A DNA stretch of 64,000 nt, taken from NCBI GenBank assembly GCA_052327205.1, contig CM126223.1, positions 68,820,001 to 68,884,000 on the forward strand, written 5' to 3'. Shown piece after piece: positions 52,303 through 64,000 of the stretch; the first letter of the stretch is position 1, and each line of letters opens with the position of its first letter. The translations under genes were made by a program, and so were the position numbers. The DNA comes from Somniosus microcephalus. Its lineage: Eukaryota. The notes beneath the pieces were generated by a model. It ran no database searches. It was given only the letters and a program-made list of their open reading frames with translations, and was not told the DNA's origin.

Positions 52303-52413
52303 TAATATCTCCTTATGTGGCTCAGTGTCAAATATTGTTTGATAATGCTCCTGTGAAGCACCCTGGGACCTTTTACTATGTTAAAGGTGCTATATAAATG
52401 CAAGATGTTGTTG
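52303..52413 (+). mobile_element. L2 3' tail fragment
   Basis: atatctccttatgtggctcagtgtcaaa...gttaaaggtgctatataaatgcaagatgttgttg. Confidence 0.75.
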
Positions 52414-54324
52414 TTTGCTGATTCAACATGCCAGAAGACTTGTATTTATTGCATATTAGAAGATTCAGTACTCAATAGAGTTATATCTTTTAATTTAACC
52501 AAAATCCTTAAGTCTGTTTAAGTTTAAACAATTTACAGAGAGCATTCATGTTTTTTGATGAGAAAAATATCACGGTGGAACAGTACAATCAGGGAATGAT
52601 ATATGAAATTGTACTCGCTCTTTTTGCTTTTGATACCTTTTTCTTTTGAAATATTTACAGCATTCTAACCATTCAGTGTTCAGTGTAACACATTGGATTT
52701 CATAAACCAATGGATTATGTTGGATCGGGGGGGGGGGGGTGCGGGCAGTGGTGAAAAGTTATATGAGTTAGGTTGTGGAATTGGCCAAAGCCTTTGCAGC
52801 TGACCCACAAAGTAATGGCTGCAGCTATATTTAGATAATGTTTATATGTGTGACCGCTCGGTATTTACAGTGATACCATGATATTCCATATTTGAAGCAA
52901 TGATATAATTCACACTATTTTCAACATTGCAGGGAACTTTTCCTGAAGGCTGCAGTATACACTGGTGAATTGGTGAATGACATGTGTTTTTGAAATACAT
53001 ATTCAGCTAGAAAGATAATCTTGAGACACATTGCATATTTCAAACATCAAGTGACATGGGTTTGACACATTCACTGATTATTTTCTACCTTTTGTGTTAA
53101 TTTTTTCCATTTTTTTCCGGGTTACCCTCTCCTTCATGCCACGCAACGCTCAAGCTGAGAAAGGAAGATCAGGCAACCTGCTCCAAGTTCTTTGCTAAAA
53201 GCTGCTCTGTAAAGGTGCAAGGCACAGGCTGGGATGACTCATCCTTTGATTTTTCTTTCTCATAGGGAAATCACTTTCTTCTATTTGGCACCTCCTTGAT
53301 TTCCTGGCGTGGAGAATCATAGGGATAAACCCACATCTTACTGTTCCATGGCACAGTGCCTTGGCATATAACCAAACTAGCATATTCACTACTGCATGTT
53401 AACATTAAAGCATAAGAAAGTACAAGTTATCAGTGACAATGATATAACTGTGTTCTGTAAACCCACATTATAGAGCCCGATATAGAATAAGTAGTCCAAT
53501 ATCTGAATTTGAAACAGTCTTAATTGGATAGATTCTGCTCACTGGATCTAGTATGGTTTTAACATCAATCCCATATAATGTAACAGAAGCACACAGCCAA
53601 AGAAGCTATGGGTATAGATTGAGTAATGTGCATATTAGACATTCCATGCATTTTTATACATATAAACAAACATCTTGTGAATGTGCAATGTCAGAAAATC
53701 TTTGAAACTATTGGGAAATACTGCCGATGTTTGGGATTATTTCTGGTTAAACTGACAATTACAAATGTCTCTGCAGGAAAATATACTAACTAATACACCA
53801 GCTCAGCTTGTATATGTCTGTGCCTCCCATTACTTCTGTCCACCCCTTTATTATTCTCCAGTGGAATTTCTATTAATGTCTACCTCCCAGCATGATGGCC
53901 ATTTTTAACAGTCTCCATCAATAAACCATTACTTTTCCTTGCAGACACACGGAGTCACCTTCTCCCATCTTTAATGTTTTGTTCACAACTTCATACAAAA
54001 ATGACAGACAGGCTCCCCCATTGGCTCAGCTTGTCAGTGCATGTTTTAGTGTGGAACTGAGCCAAATGGACCAGGAGAATTCCAGGTTATATTTCCTGGT
54101 CTCTGACGTGATAGGTGATCTCAGCCACGGTGACAGTCAAAAAAGCCAATTTTACCATTTTGTTCCATGTCGTGCACAGAAAAAATCTTTCTGCTGACCA
54201 ATGTTTGCTATCCAATGATCTGTGCTGAGCAAAATCGACACTATACTGAGTAAAGTCATCTTCTTGCCAGGCGCAACAGTCCAGTAGTGTGTCCCATCCC
54301 TTTATTTAATAATAACTTACTGAG

Positions 54325-54605
54325 CACCCTCTCAGGTTCGATGTAAAAGATCATTTTGAAGAAGAGCAGGAGAGTTATCCCTGGTGTCCTGGCCAATATC
54401 TATCCCTCAACCAACATCACTAAAGCAGATTATTTGGTCATTGTCACATTACTGTTTGTGGGAGCTTGCTGTGCACAAATTGGCTGCCACGTTTCCTACA
54501 TTACAACAGTGATTACATTTTAAAAGTACTTAATTGACTGTAAAGCACTTTGCGATGTCATGAGGTCGTGAAAGGCGCTATATAAATGCAAGTCTTTTTT
54601 CTTTT
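54325..54605 (+). mobile_element. 5'-truncated Deu-domain SINE
   Basis: Deu core plus tail aaggcgctatataaatgcaagtctttttt. Confidence 0.8.
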
Positions 54606-57600
54606 TTTATAGTCATTCATTTACAGTGAACTTAGTTATAATGGCCCGACAATGAGGCATCTTCGTGCTGAATACAGCCACCCTTTCGCTGATCAACATT
54701 TATTTTAAAAGCATTTCATGCACTGAAGGAGAGTTTTGGGAGAGTAGTGCCACACAGCCCATAACCGATTTCCTCATATACATTTCCACCTGGTGCTCTT
54801 CCTTATCTGATGCCAGGTAGAAGCAAAGACATAAAAGAAGTGGATTTCCATCGTGGATAGCTGTACTCAACATGACAGTATTCATTATGGAGTTTGCTGT
54901 GATTAAGTTTGGTATAGTGGTTAAGTTGGGCAGTTTATACTTCTAATAGCAGGAGCACCACCATTTGCTGTCCATGACTGTTTTTAAATGTAAAGGCGTC
55001 TAATGTTTATTTCCATCAATGAAATGGTGGAAGTCAAGTGCTGCCATGAGGTCTGTTGACAACCTCAACAAAGTATTTGATTATAGCGAGTCCCACATAT
55101 TTGCATATCTGTTAATTGCTTACTCAACCAATTATCATCATCATCTCTGAGACATGTTTCCTTCAATTACAAATGTGTATTAACATTTTCATTTTTTTAC
55201 TGTTTAATTAAAGACTCTGCATCCACGAGCAGTTTTATTTGCTCATACCCATTTGGCATGCTATTTTAAAAATTTCTGTTTATCCGCACTGTTATCAATT
55301 GAATATAGTTTGCCGTGAGATTTTGTTGTTGTGACACTGTCAACCAGAAAAGATATGGCTTGTTTAGGCAACACCGAGTACAATTTGCCCTCTGTAGTTC
55401 CTGATGTGACCTGCATGCATAATTGTTGTACATTATTCAAGGACTATTTGCATATTCTGTGTGCAGTTTGGGCAAAGTTCTGGTTATTAACTGCCTAACA
55501 TGGAGAGAGACTTTGGCAAGTAAGAAATGGTCTATTGGGAAACTTGGTTTAGCATAATCTTCTTACTGGGAATAGAATAGTGACTTGGCATGGCTAGAAG
55601 TCATGCTGTAAAACTTTAATATCAGTATTGAACTATATTGATTCATTACTGGGAAAGGACACAGTTTAGAGCTGAATATAAATAATGTTCATGGTTAACT
55701 AGGATATCTGCTGAATGAGTTTAATCTCAATCCTTTACATATTTTAATTTTATGTTCAGATATTTATGGGTGTACTACAGGCTAAAACTAAGTATGGATT
55801 AAACTATAATGCATGGCCTCATTATTGATTAGAAATTCTTGTGTGAGCAATAGCTTACAGTTTGCCTGTGTTTTGCACATCAGCCAAAAAGTTCCTCCCT
55901 GATTTCTGGGGTAACAACAGAGATTCTGCAGTTGAGCTTGCTAAAAAGGTCAATTAAGGGGAGCTTGTGCTAAATTCTCAGCCTTGTACTTCCCACTGAA
56001 TGTTAGGCAGCGCCTGTCCAAAACTGGCATTAGAGCAGCAGAAGGAATGGGAAGGTGTGGATGGTGTTGTGAAACGAAGAAAAAGAGCATGTGGTACATT
56101 GGGGAAGCTGAGACAAAGCCAAAGTGGAATGGAGATCAGGAAAAAATACTACTTGGATGGGAAACCGCTGCACTTGTCACAAGTACCATGTGGGCATCTA
56201 GGTCGTGTGTTAAATTAATGTCAAACCCATCAGTTATATATCTGTGCTATCAATTATTTTCATGTTAGAAGGCAGAACTGAAGAGCAGTATTACATAATT
56301 CCATATATTATCATTTAAATACGAATGATTGTGTACACCGGATCAACGTATAACTAACAGGACTGTTGAAATGTACTAATCCTGCTGATATTTAACCTAC
56401 TATTATCACGGCGTGATTGCATTTTCATTATCCACAGGACCGAGTCATTCAAATTTAAAATCCAAAAGGAATGGCTGAGCATCAGATATATTTACAGATT
56501 GTGATGCATCAAAATGGCTTTCAGAAGTGACACAAAAATTGGCTTCTGCTGGTGTAGCCATCCTTGCCCCAGCAACTGCGACAGTAAACAGTTGATCAAC
56601 ATTGCAGTGGTAAGTGCAGACTGGAAGCGCTCTACTACTATGCCAGCTTTTTTTTTTAGATGTCCCGTGGAATCCTATTTTGATCTTGAATGATGGTGGT
56701 CATGTTTTATGAAGTGTGTGAGTGAAGATAGGCCTCAAATAAGAATATTGTTGAATGCTAACCCTCATATGGTAACTATTTAATGATATTGAGACATATA
56801 TCAATGAAAGGGCATGCAATGTACACTGTCAGCATGTAAGCTGAAAAACCCATAATCATTATTATTTTCTTTCATGCCCTGTTATATAATAGTGACGATA
56901 TGATGGCATAATATATTGGAAAAAGAAGCAAAGCAAAAATGTGATTATTCCTTTTTCACTGTGTGTTCCAGTCTAGATCAGAATTATTTGCATGCACTGC
57001 CACTTTTTAATACTTACAGTGCAAAATAGTAAATATTTTGAAGATATCATGAATATGCACCAAGTTTTTAAGACAATCTTAATCTCTGCAGCACAATTAA
57101 ATTACATGTTCTATGTATTTTAGTATAATATATTTCATCATTAACACAAGCTTCCCTAGATTACAAGATTGACTACACGCCAAAAGTATTTCATTTTGGG
57201 ATGTCCTAGGGATGTGAAAGGCGCTATATAATGTCCCTTTTGAGGCATGAGATGTGATTCGCTTCTCACAGTTTAAAAAAAAGTACTAGGCTTAACAAGT
57301 GGCGCAGCACCATTATGGCAGGTGTGTGCTCATAAATTAGTTGCATTAATTCTAATACTTTCAAACAGTCATGAATTCCATTGAGTAAAATAACACGCGA
57401 GAGTTATAACTTACAGAAATCAAAACTAATGCACCATTCACCCATATTTAACACACAAAGAGAAATCTCTAGCCATAATTGTTGAAATAAATGGGCAAAA
57501 AGCATGACTGCTGAATGCAAGCACAAGGTAAGATTTCATCTTGCTATTTATATGTAAAGCAGGGCATAGTTTTATAAACTGGTCAAAGTGGTGATGTTTA

Positions 57601-58944
57601 CAGGTCACATAGATTCAGCCCTTCATGATGTTCATCTAATTGACTTACCCACTTATTTACATAACACAATGCTATCCCAATCTTACCGCCATACAATGCA
57701 GTGGAATGGACTGAAGTGTTATTTGTGAACTGTGATTTGCAAGCTCAGTATTTTTACAGGTCTATCCTGCATTATATTCAGCTTAAATTACCTGGTGCCT
57801 TTTATTAAATAAAGATCATATTAGTAATTTTGTGACTGATATACATGCAAGTGATATAATATGATTGGTGATAGTGAACATTAATATTTGCTTTATATGA
57901 GTTCTATTTATCCAACAGTGGTTAAAATTTACATGAATTACACAAATGTAATGCAACAAAGAGCTTAATTTAATTATACTTAATTTATTTTTATTACTTT
58001 AGTTGTCTGCACTGGATTTTCCTTTTGTTGCCAATACTAACTGCAAAAATCGTTAATTGGTCCAAAAATTCATAGGGATTTTAAATCAATGGATTTTCTT
58101 GTTCACAGAATCAACAAAGTTAAAATCCACATGAAATGCATTTATTATACAGTACGTGTTATATATCCCCAAAATACGATCTTGGGAAATAGACCACAGA
58201 AATATAAAATGTGAATTACAAATTAATATTTATAATCCAGTAGCAATCCTCATACATACCAACTTGTTTATTTGTAGTAGTCTTGCCAACTTACAGTATC
58301 AGAAATTGTTTCCTGGAATTGCAGCTGGAACATCCAGTTACACTGTAATAGATTTTATTTCTGCCATAGTTCCAGAAATGAATGACTTCTGTGAAAACGC
58401 GTGCACTGACAGCAATTTGCATTAATTAAAGGGTTTCAACTGCCTCTTCCCTCTACAAACATATACAATAAGTCAAATTGCATGTGAATACAGCAGGCAA
58501 CACTGTGTTTATTTTAGGTTCAACAGTATCTCATTTACACGTGTTAATTAGAGCTAATTGGGACTAATTAAATGAACAGGAACCCCTCTGGGGATGTTCA
58601 TACCTATAATTTTGGTAAATAGTCTTAATTAACATATGCAAGTTAGGGCTAATTAGCATTGATTAAGGGATTTTAGCTAAATTTTAAAGCGCTGCTCTTC
58701 AAATACTTTAAGCAGCACAGAATGTAGAATAAACGTTAAGCATTAAAAAGAAAAAAATGCTTTGGTTCCATTTAACATCAAGCTTATTTACACAGTTTCA
58801 ATTAAGTTATTACTTAACATCTCTAGTTTGTGTGCCAATGATAACAAAGTCTTCACTTGGAGAATTGAAATTTATCCCTTGTATTCCAGATAATAATTTT
58901 AAATCTGGTTTGAATATTATATAATGGGTTAGCCTAAAGACTAA

Positions 58945-60377
58945 GGGGGAGAAATTCACTATCAGCCCACAAGGGGTGCTAATTTTTAAAAGTTTGAAAA
59001 GTTAGTGCCAGGCGCTAACGATTTCAAACTTTCGAAAAATTCGCTGTTTGTGCTCCAATTCAATTCAATTCAATTTTATTTGCCATATGTACTAGTACAA
59101 TGGAATGCTTACTCCCCGTAGGGACACGTCAGCTATTTTTACAGCGCCGTGTACAGAAAGTCAATTCTTTGGCATCCAGTGGCAGTGGGAGCACGATGTC
59201 CCTCAGCCGCTCCGTCCTCCTCGTCATCGCGGCCTCCTCCTCACTGTTGCCGGCTCAGCTCCACGTGTGGTGGCCTGCTTCTCCCGCTCACCCTCTGGCC
59301 ACCATTCCCAGCTCTCCTCCTCCCAGTCGGACTGCGAGTCGTCGTGGCTGCTGCTGCTCGATGCGCTGCGCTGCCTCCGCCCGACTCGCCGAACACACCC
59401 TCCGGTTGCCGCAGCCTCCACCTCACCGTCGCCGGCTCCACGGTCCGACGGCCCGGGCCTGCTTCTCCCGCTTCCGGTCCGGCCTCTGGCCGCCATGCTC
59501 GGCTCCCCTCCTCCCAGTCGGAATGCTTCCCCACTGAGGAGCAGCCGGCCGACGTGCTCTAGCGGGTTGACGTGGCTGCTGCTGCGTCCCGATGCGCTGC
59601 GCTGCCTCCGCCCGACTCGCCAAACATCTCGCTCCGGTTGCGGGAGCGAGCGGCGAGAGCGGGCCGCCCGAAGCAGGGAGAGTGCGCTAGCGCCGGACCG
59701 TCTCGGTCGCCATCTTGACTTTCAAGAAGGAAGTGGAGCGCTAAATCAAGCTAAATCAAGGTAAATCAAGCGCTCCACTTCATTCTTGGAGCGCAATCGG
59801 CAGCAGACGGGGTGGAGACTTCAGCAGCGCTGCACACTGGGCCGTGCAGTGCTGCCGCGTTCAAAGGCTCCTTCCCTCCCTTAAATGGAAGGGCCATCGC
59901 TGCAGGCTCTGCAATATAAAAAATACCTACCTGGACCACCCAGGCAGCTGCGATCCCGCGCGATCAGCCCTGGCACTCAAGCAGAGTGCCAGGCTGATCG
60001 ATCGCGGGCAGGGACGAAAAAAACTGGAATAAGAAAGTTAAGTTTTTTTTTACTTACCTCGGCCACCTCGCCTTTAATCATCGCCGGCCGCCCGATGCAC
60101 GCCTCCTGCAGCTGTCAGTGCTTTCAACCGACGCTGCTTCAGGGGGTGGAAGTCAATTTTGGGTCCGGGATGCTACCGGGGCGATGTGCACGGCGATGAC
60201 ATCACGATCTTCAGGTGAAGGAGATCGGGGCACAACGCCGTAGCGCCGCCGCAAAACTCCCGCTGAATATGGCGGGAGTCGATGTCAGCACCATGCCGAG
60301 TCGCAAAGCCATTTGCGCCCTGTTGGCGTCCCCCGGGGCCGCTAACGGGAGGCAAAAAGGCACCCAATTTCACCCTC
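58945..60377. mobile_element. GC-rich non-autonomous DNA transposon (Harbinger-like termini) with nested insertion
   Basis: Termini gggggagaaatt / aatttcaccctc (10/12 inverted match). Abrupt GC/CpG rise against the AT-rich flanks. Confidence 0.55.
59057..59720 (-). mobile_element. Short non-autonomous non-LTR retroelement (internally deleted LINE-like)
   Basis: Minus strand begins gtcaagatggcgacc, has a GC-rich body with internal direct repeats, and ends aataaa(attga)n. Confidence 0.55.
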
Positions 60378-60504
60378 ATACTTTTAACTTCAAATCTTGT
60401 TTAGTGAAACTGTCAGAACTATTTTTTTCTCTCCAACAGTTTTCCCTGCACAATTCCTTGGTGATAATAAAACCCAACCAGGTCAACAAAACAATTCCAC
60501 AGAG

Positions 60505-60665
60505 TAAGATTCCCTCTCTAACAGCACTGTGGGAGCACCTTCACCACGCGGACTGCAGCGGTTCAAGAAGGCGGCCCACCACCACCTTCTCAAGGGCAAT
60601 TATGGACGGGCAATAAATGCTGGCCTTGCCAGCGATGTCCACATCTCAGGAATGAATTAAAAAAA
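60505..60665 (+). mobile_element. LINE 3' end fragment (tail partner of the SINE at 13036)
   Basis: gcagcggttcaagaaggcggcccaccaccaccttctcaagggcaat...caataaatgctggcc...gaatgaattaaaaaaa. Confidence 0.7.
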
Positions 60666-60868
60666 TGTAGGGGTGGGATCACAATACTATACCGTTATAT
60701 CTGGATGAGGATATCAGACAACATCTCCTGGTTCTATCAATAGAAAACATTAAGGTCGGGGTATGTTTTCCACTGTGTACAGTTTAAGATGTGAATAAAC
60801 TAGGGAAAAAAGTTACATATTTTCTTCTGCTAATACTGGTAATTTCAGTTTTCCTCACAATTTGAGGG

Positions 60869-61322
60869 TGTGTCAGCCAACGGCTCAGTGGGTAGCACCT
60901 TTGCCTTGAAGTCAGAATGTTGTGGGTTCAAGTCCCACTCCAGGGACTTGAGCACAAAAATCTAGGCTGATACTCCAATGCGGTACTGAGGGAGTGCTGC
61001 ACTGACGGATGGTGCTGTCTTTCAGATGAGATGTTAAACCGAGGCCCCGTCTGCTCTCCCAGGTGGATGTAAAAGATCTAGAGCAGCGAAATTATCCCCA
61101 GTGTCCTGGCCAATATTTATCCCTCAATCAACATCACTAAAACAGATCATCTAGTCATTAACACATTGCTGTTTGTGGGAGCTTGCTGTGTGCAAATTGG
61201 CTGCTGTGTTGTGTTTCCCACATTACAACAGTGACTCCACTTCAAAAAGTACTTCATTGGCTGTAAAGTGCTTTGGGATGTCTGGTGGTTGTGAAAGGCG
61301 CTATATAAATGTAATTCTTTTT
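60869..61322 (+). mobile_element. Near full-length Deu-domain SINE
   Basis: A box ggctcagtgg, B box ggttcaagtccc, Deu core, tail aaggcgctatataaatg. Confidence 0.85.
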
Positions 61323-61619
61323 ATTGTGAGAGTAGGGGAAAAGAAACAATGTTTGTTAAGGACTTGCTAATAATTGTGAAGAGCTTGTTAAAGGCTTATT
61401 GTAAGAAAGAAATGCAGTTTTTCTCTGTGGGATATAATAAAGACAATTGTGTTGTTTCGTCCCATTCAGAATGGGTAATTAAGTGCAAGAGTTGTATGTT
61501 TCAGCACAGCATTGCCACTGTGAATTGTAAAGAGGATTTTTCATTTCCAGAGAATGCATGCAGTAGCCATTGTTGGCTATTTCCTAGCTGAGCAGCAGGT
61601 GCAAGAGAGGGCTTGGGAT

Positions 61620-61890
61620 CACAGAGCGTATAGGAGAAACATTCACAGAATAAACTAGATCAAATGCACCACATCAGAGTCAGCTATAGACATGATGGAG
61701 AACCAGTACATTCACGATGGGGCTCATTGGGGAGGCTGTGACGGAGGTGTGCAGGCACAGACAACCATCAGCATCAGTGGCAGTTCAGGTCACTACTGCT
61801 CTCAACCTTTTGCCACAGGAACCTTTCAGGGACCTACAGGAGAACATCACAGGAGTCAATTGCTACATGCTGTCCACTGCTACGTTAAGC
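61620..61890 (+). pseudogene. Decayed PIF/Harbinger transposase N-terminal remnant
   Basis: Across frameshifts it reads RVYRR...EAVTEVC...SVAVQVTTALN/FATGTFQGPTG...AVHCYV, resembling the Harbinger/HARBI1 motif VAVKVTAALNFxATGSFQ. Confidence 0.6.
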
Positions 61891-63079
61891 CCTCTTTTGC
61901 CACACACTCACTTCCATGCACTTTGACCATTCAGCAAGTGTCAGCAGACCAGCCAATATACAGCCACGTAGACAAATGCGTGGGGTCCCACTGGCTGATT
62001 CTTCTCCCATTGGATACTATTACCTTTTATTGGGCGCATTTTCAATGATGGAACTGCAAGTTATCTTTCTGCTTTTTCCCCCCCTAGGAACTGGAATATA
62101 TAATGTTTGCTTTGCTTTAACAGGACTGACTATTTGCTAGCTGAATGACATACTGCAACATATATTGAAGAATTGTCTTTCAGTGCATGTGGCACTGGAG
62201 TGCACACGGTGTAAGTGTGCTCCAGGCGCTCAAAGTTTTTTCTTGGTGAACTCTCCACTTCTGAGACATTCAACCCTTCTTGGAGGTTCATTAGTGGCCT
62301 AATCCTAAGTGCTCCTCTGACTGAGGGAATAGATGTGGTGGGTTTCTACTCAGGCAACATCTAATATGCTCTGTCTATAAATGACATCCTTTGGTGCAGC
62401 TGCATTAGTGGCAAAGGGTGTGGGGAGGGGTGTTTGTTGTAATTGCTGCAGGCTTTAGTGCATTTGGATGCTGTGCCTTGCAGGCACTTGTACATGGCTA
62501 GTGCTAGCACAGAACTGCCATTAACAAGAGAGAAAACTGGCTGCTTGCACATACCTGTGGGATGTATGTCCTCACGAGGTGCTGAGATCTCTCTGAAGGT
62601 GCAACATTGGCTGTTGTAATTTCTCTCAACTACTCACAGTTGCTTCCATGCATTCTCAAAACAAGTTGAAACCATCCATGACCGCTTGGTGCAAACTATT
62701 CGTAACACCTTTCACTACTGTGGGTATCGATTTAATGGAGACAAGTGTCTACAGAACAGTGTGAATCTTGTAGGTTAAGGCAAACCCCAGGAAGTCTGTG
62801 TCCTGAGGCAAGTAAAGAGGATCAGGCAACCTACCAAGGCTGTGCCCTACAGCTGCTCACCCATCATCATCATCCCCATCCTTTCATCACCAGTGCACTC
62901 TGTTTCATACTCTACTTCTTCAACCATATCACCGTCTAAATGTTGTGAGATGCTTATATCGGAGCTGGTACTTGGTGAAAATTTGTCTATTAATGGTTGG
63001 TGCTGTGGTGATTACTCCTAGGCGACTGAGTGCTGCAGACCACTGGGCTCTTCTTGCTTTGTGAAGCAAACTTGCTCCG

Positions 63080-63707
63080 TAACATCACCCGTCTCCACCC
63101 CTGCCTCTGCTGCTGAAACCCTCATCCCTGCCTTTGTTAACTCTAGATTTGACTATTCCAACGCACTCCTGGCTGGCCTCCCACGTTCTACCTACGTAAA
63201 CTTGAGGTCATCCAAAGCTCGGCTGCCCATGTCCTAACTCGCACTAAGTCCCGTTCGCCCATCGCCCCTGTGCTCACTAACCTACATTGGCTCCCAGTTA
63301 AGCAACGCCTCAATTTTAAAATTCTCATCCTTGTTTTCAAATCCCTCCATGACCTCACCCCTCCCTATCTCTGTACTGTCCTCCAGCCCCACAACCTCTG
63401 GAGATATCTGCACTCCTCTAATTCTGGCCTCTTGGGCATCCCTGATTTTAATCGCTCAACCATTGGTGGCCATGCCTTCAGCTGCCTAGGCCCTAAGCTC
63501 TAAAATTCCCTCCCTAAACCTCTCCGCTTCTCTATCTTTCCTCCTTTAAGAAGCTCCTCATAACCTACCCCTTTGACCAAGCTTTTGGTCATCTGCCCTA
63601 GTATCTCCTTTGTGGCTCGGTGTCAAATTTTGTTTTATAACGCTCCTGTGAAGCTCTTTGGAATGTTTTACTACGTTAAAGGCACTATGTAAATACAAGT
63701 TGTTGTT
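63080..63707 (+). mobile_element. L2 LINE 3' fragment
   Basis: SRFDYSNALLAGLP and LHWLPVKQRLNFKILILVFKSLH (L2 ORF2 C-terminus), followed by the 3'UTR and a (ttg)n tail. Confidence 0.9.
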
Positions 63708-64000
63708 GAGAGTAGAGGAGACATTACGAGTACATAAAGCACACAATCCATTTGGATGTTACTGTATATTGCTGTTACTTGCAACATGCAGCACTTGTAC
63801 ACAATCAGTCCTTATGGACATATTGATGTAGAAGACATCATAGAATATATAATCAATATGGCACATACCATTTTGTCTCTGCTTCTCTCCAGCCTCATCA
63901 GCAATGCAATCTAATGTCTCATTTCTATTAAAGCCAGAAGTCTGTTGTCATAACCAATTAAGACCTTTCCTCTGATCCATCACTACTTGCTGCAATCCTG

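Noticed and set aside
59100-59764. Several overlapping 90-219 aa ORFs on both strands
   Set aside because: Low-complexity R/P/S/A translations expected from GC-rich repeat sequence; no domain is recognisable.
60875-60945. tRNA gene suggested by A and B boxes (also at 4730, 45570 and 13340)
   Set aside because: These are SINE heads continuing into Deu or other SINE bodies; no complete cloverleaf is present.

Overview
Vertebrate genomic DNA, almost certainly a cartilaginous fish (shark-type CR1, L2, Deu-SINE and Penelope repeats). Two minus-strand genes lie in tandem. LHX1 is complete: 5 coding exons at 37422-27848, 410 aa, all GT-AG junctions and phases consistent. The first four coding exons of AATF lie at 24505-10505, and the gene continues off the left edge. 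The AATF introns and the far upstream region carry many TE fragments, several nested, while about 24-45 kb around LHX1 has no recognisable TEs and is visibly CpG-rich. I see no evidence of a new protein-coding system. The best leads are: a Penelope-type minimal hammerhead ribozyme with related hairpin insertions; a TA-flanked MITE family carrying tandem RFX-like palindromes and a perfect splice donor; a short GC-rich non-autonomous retroelement with a YY1-like head nested in a DNA transposon; miR-30 and miR-96 sites in the LHX1 3'UTR; and several candidate LHX1 enhancers. Family assignments are from recalled consensus motifs, not database searches.
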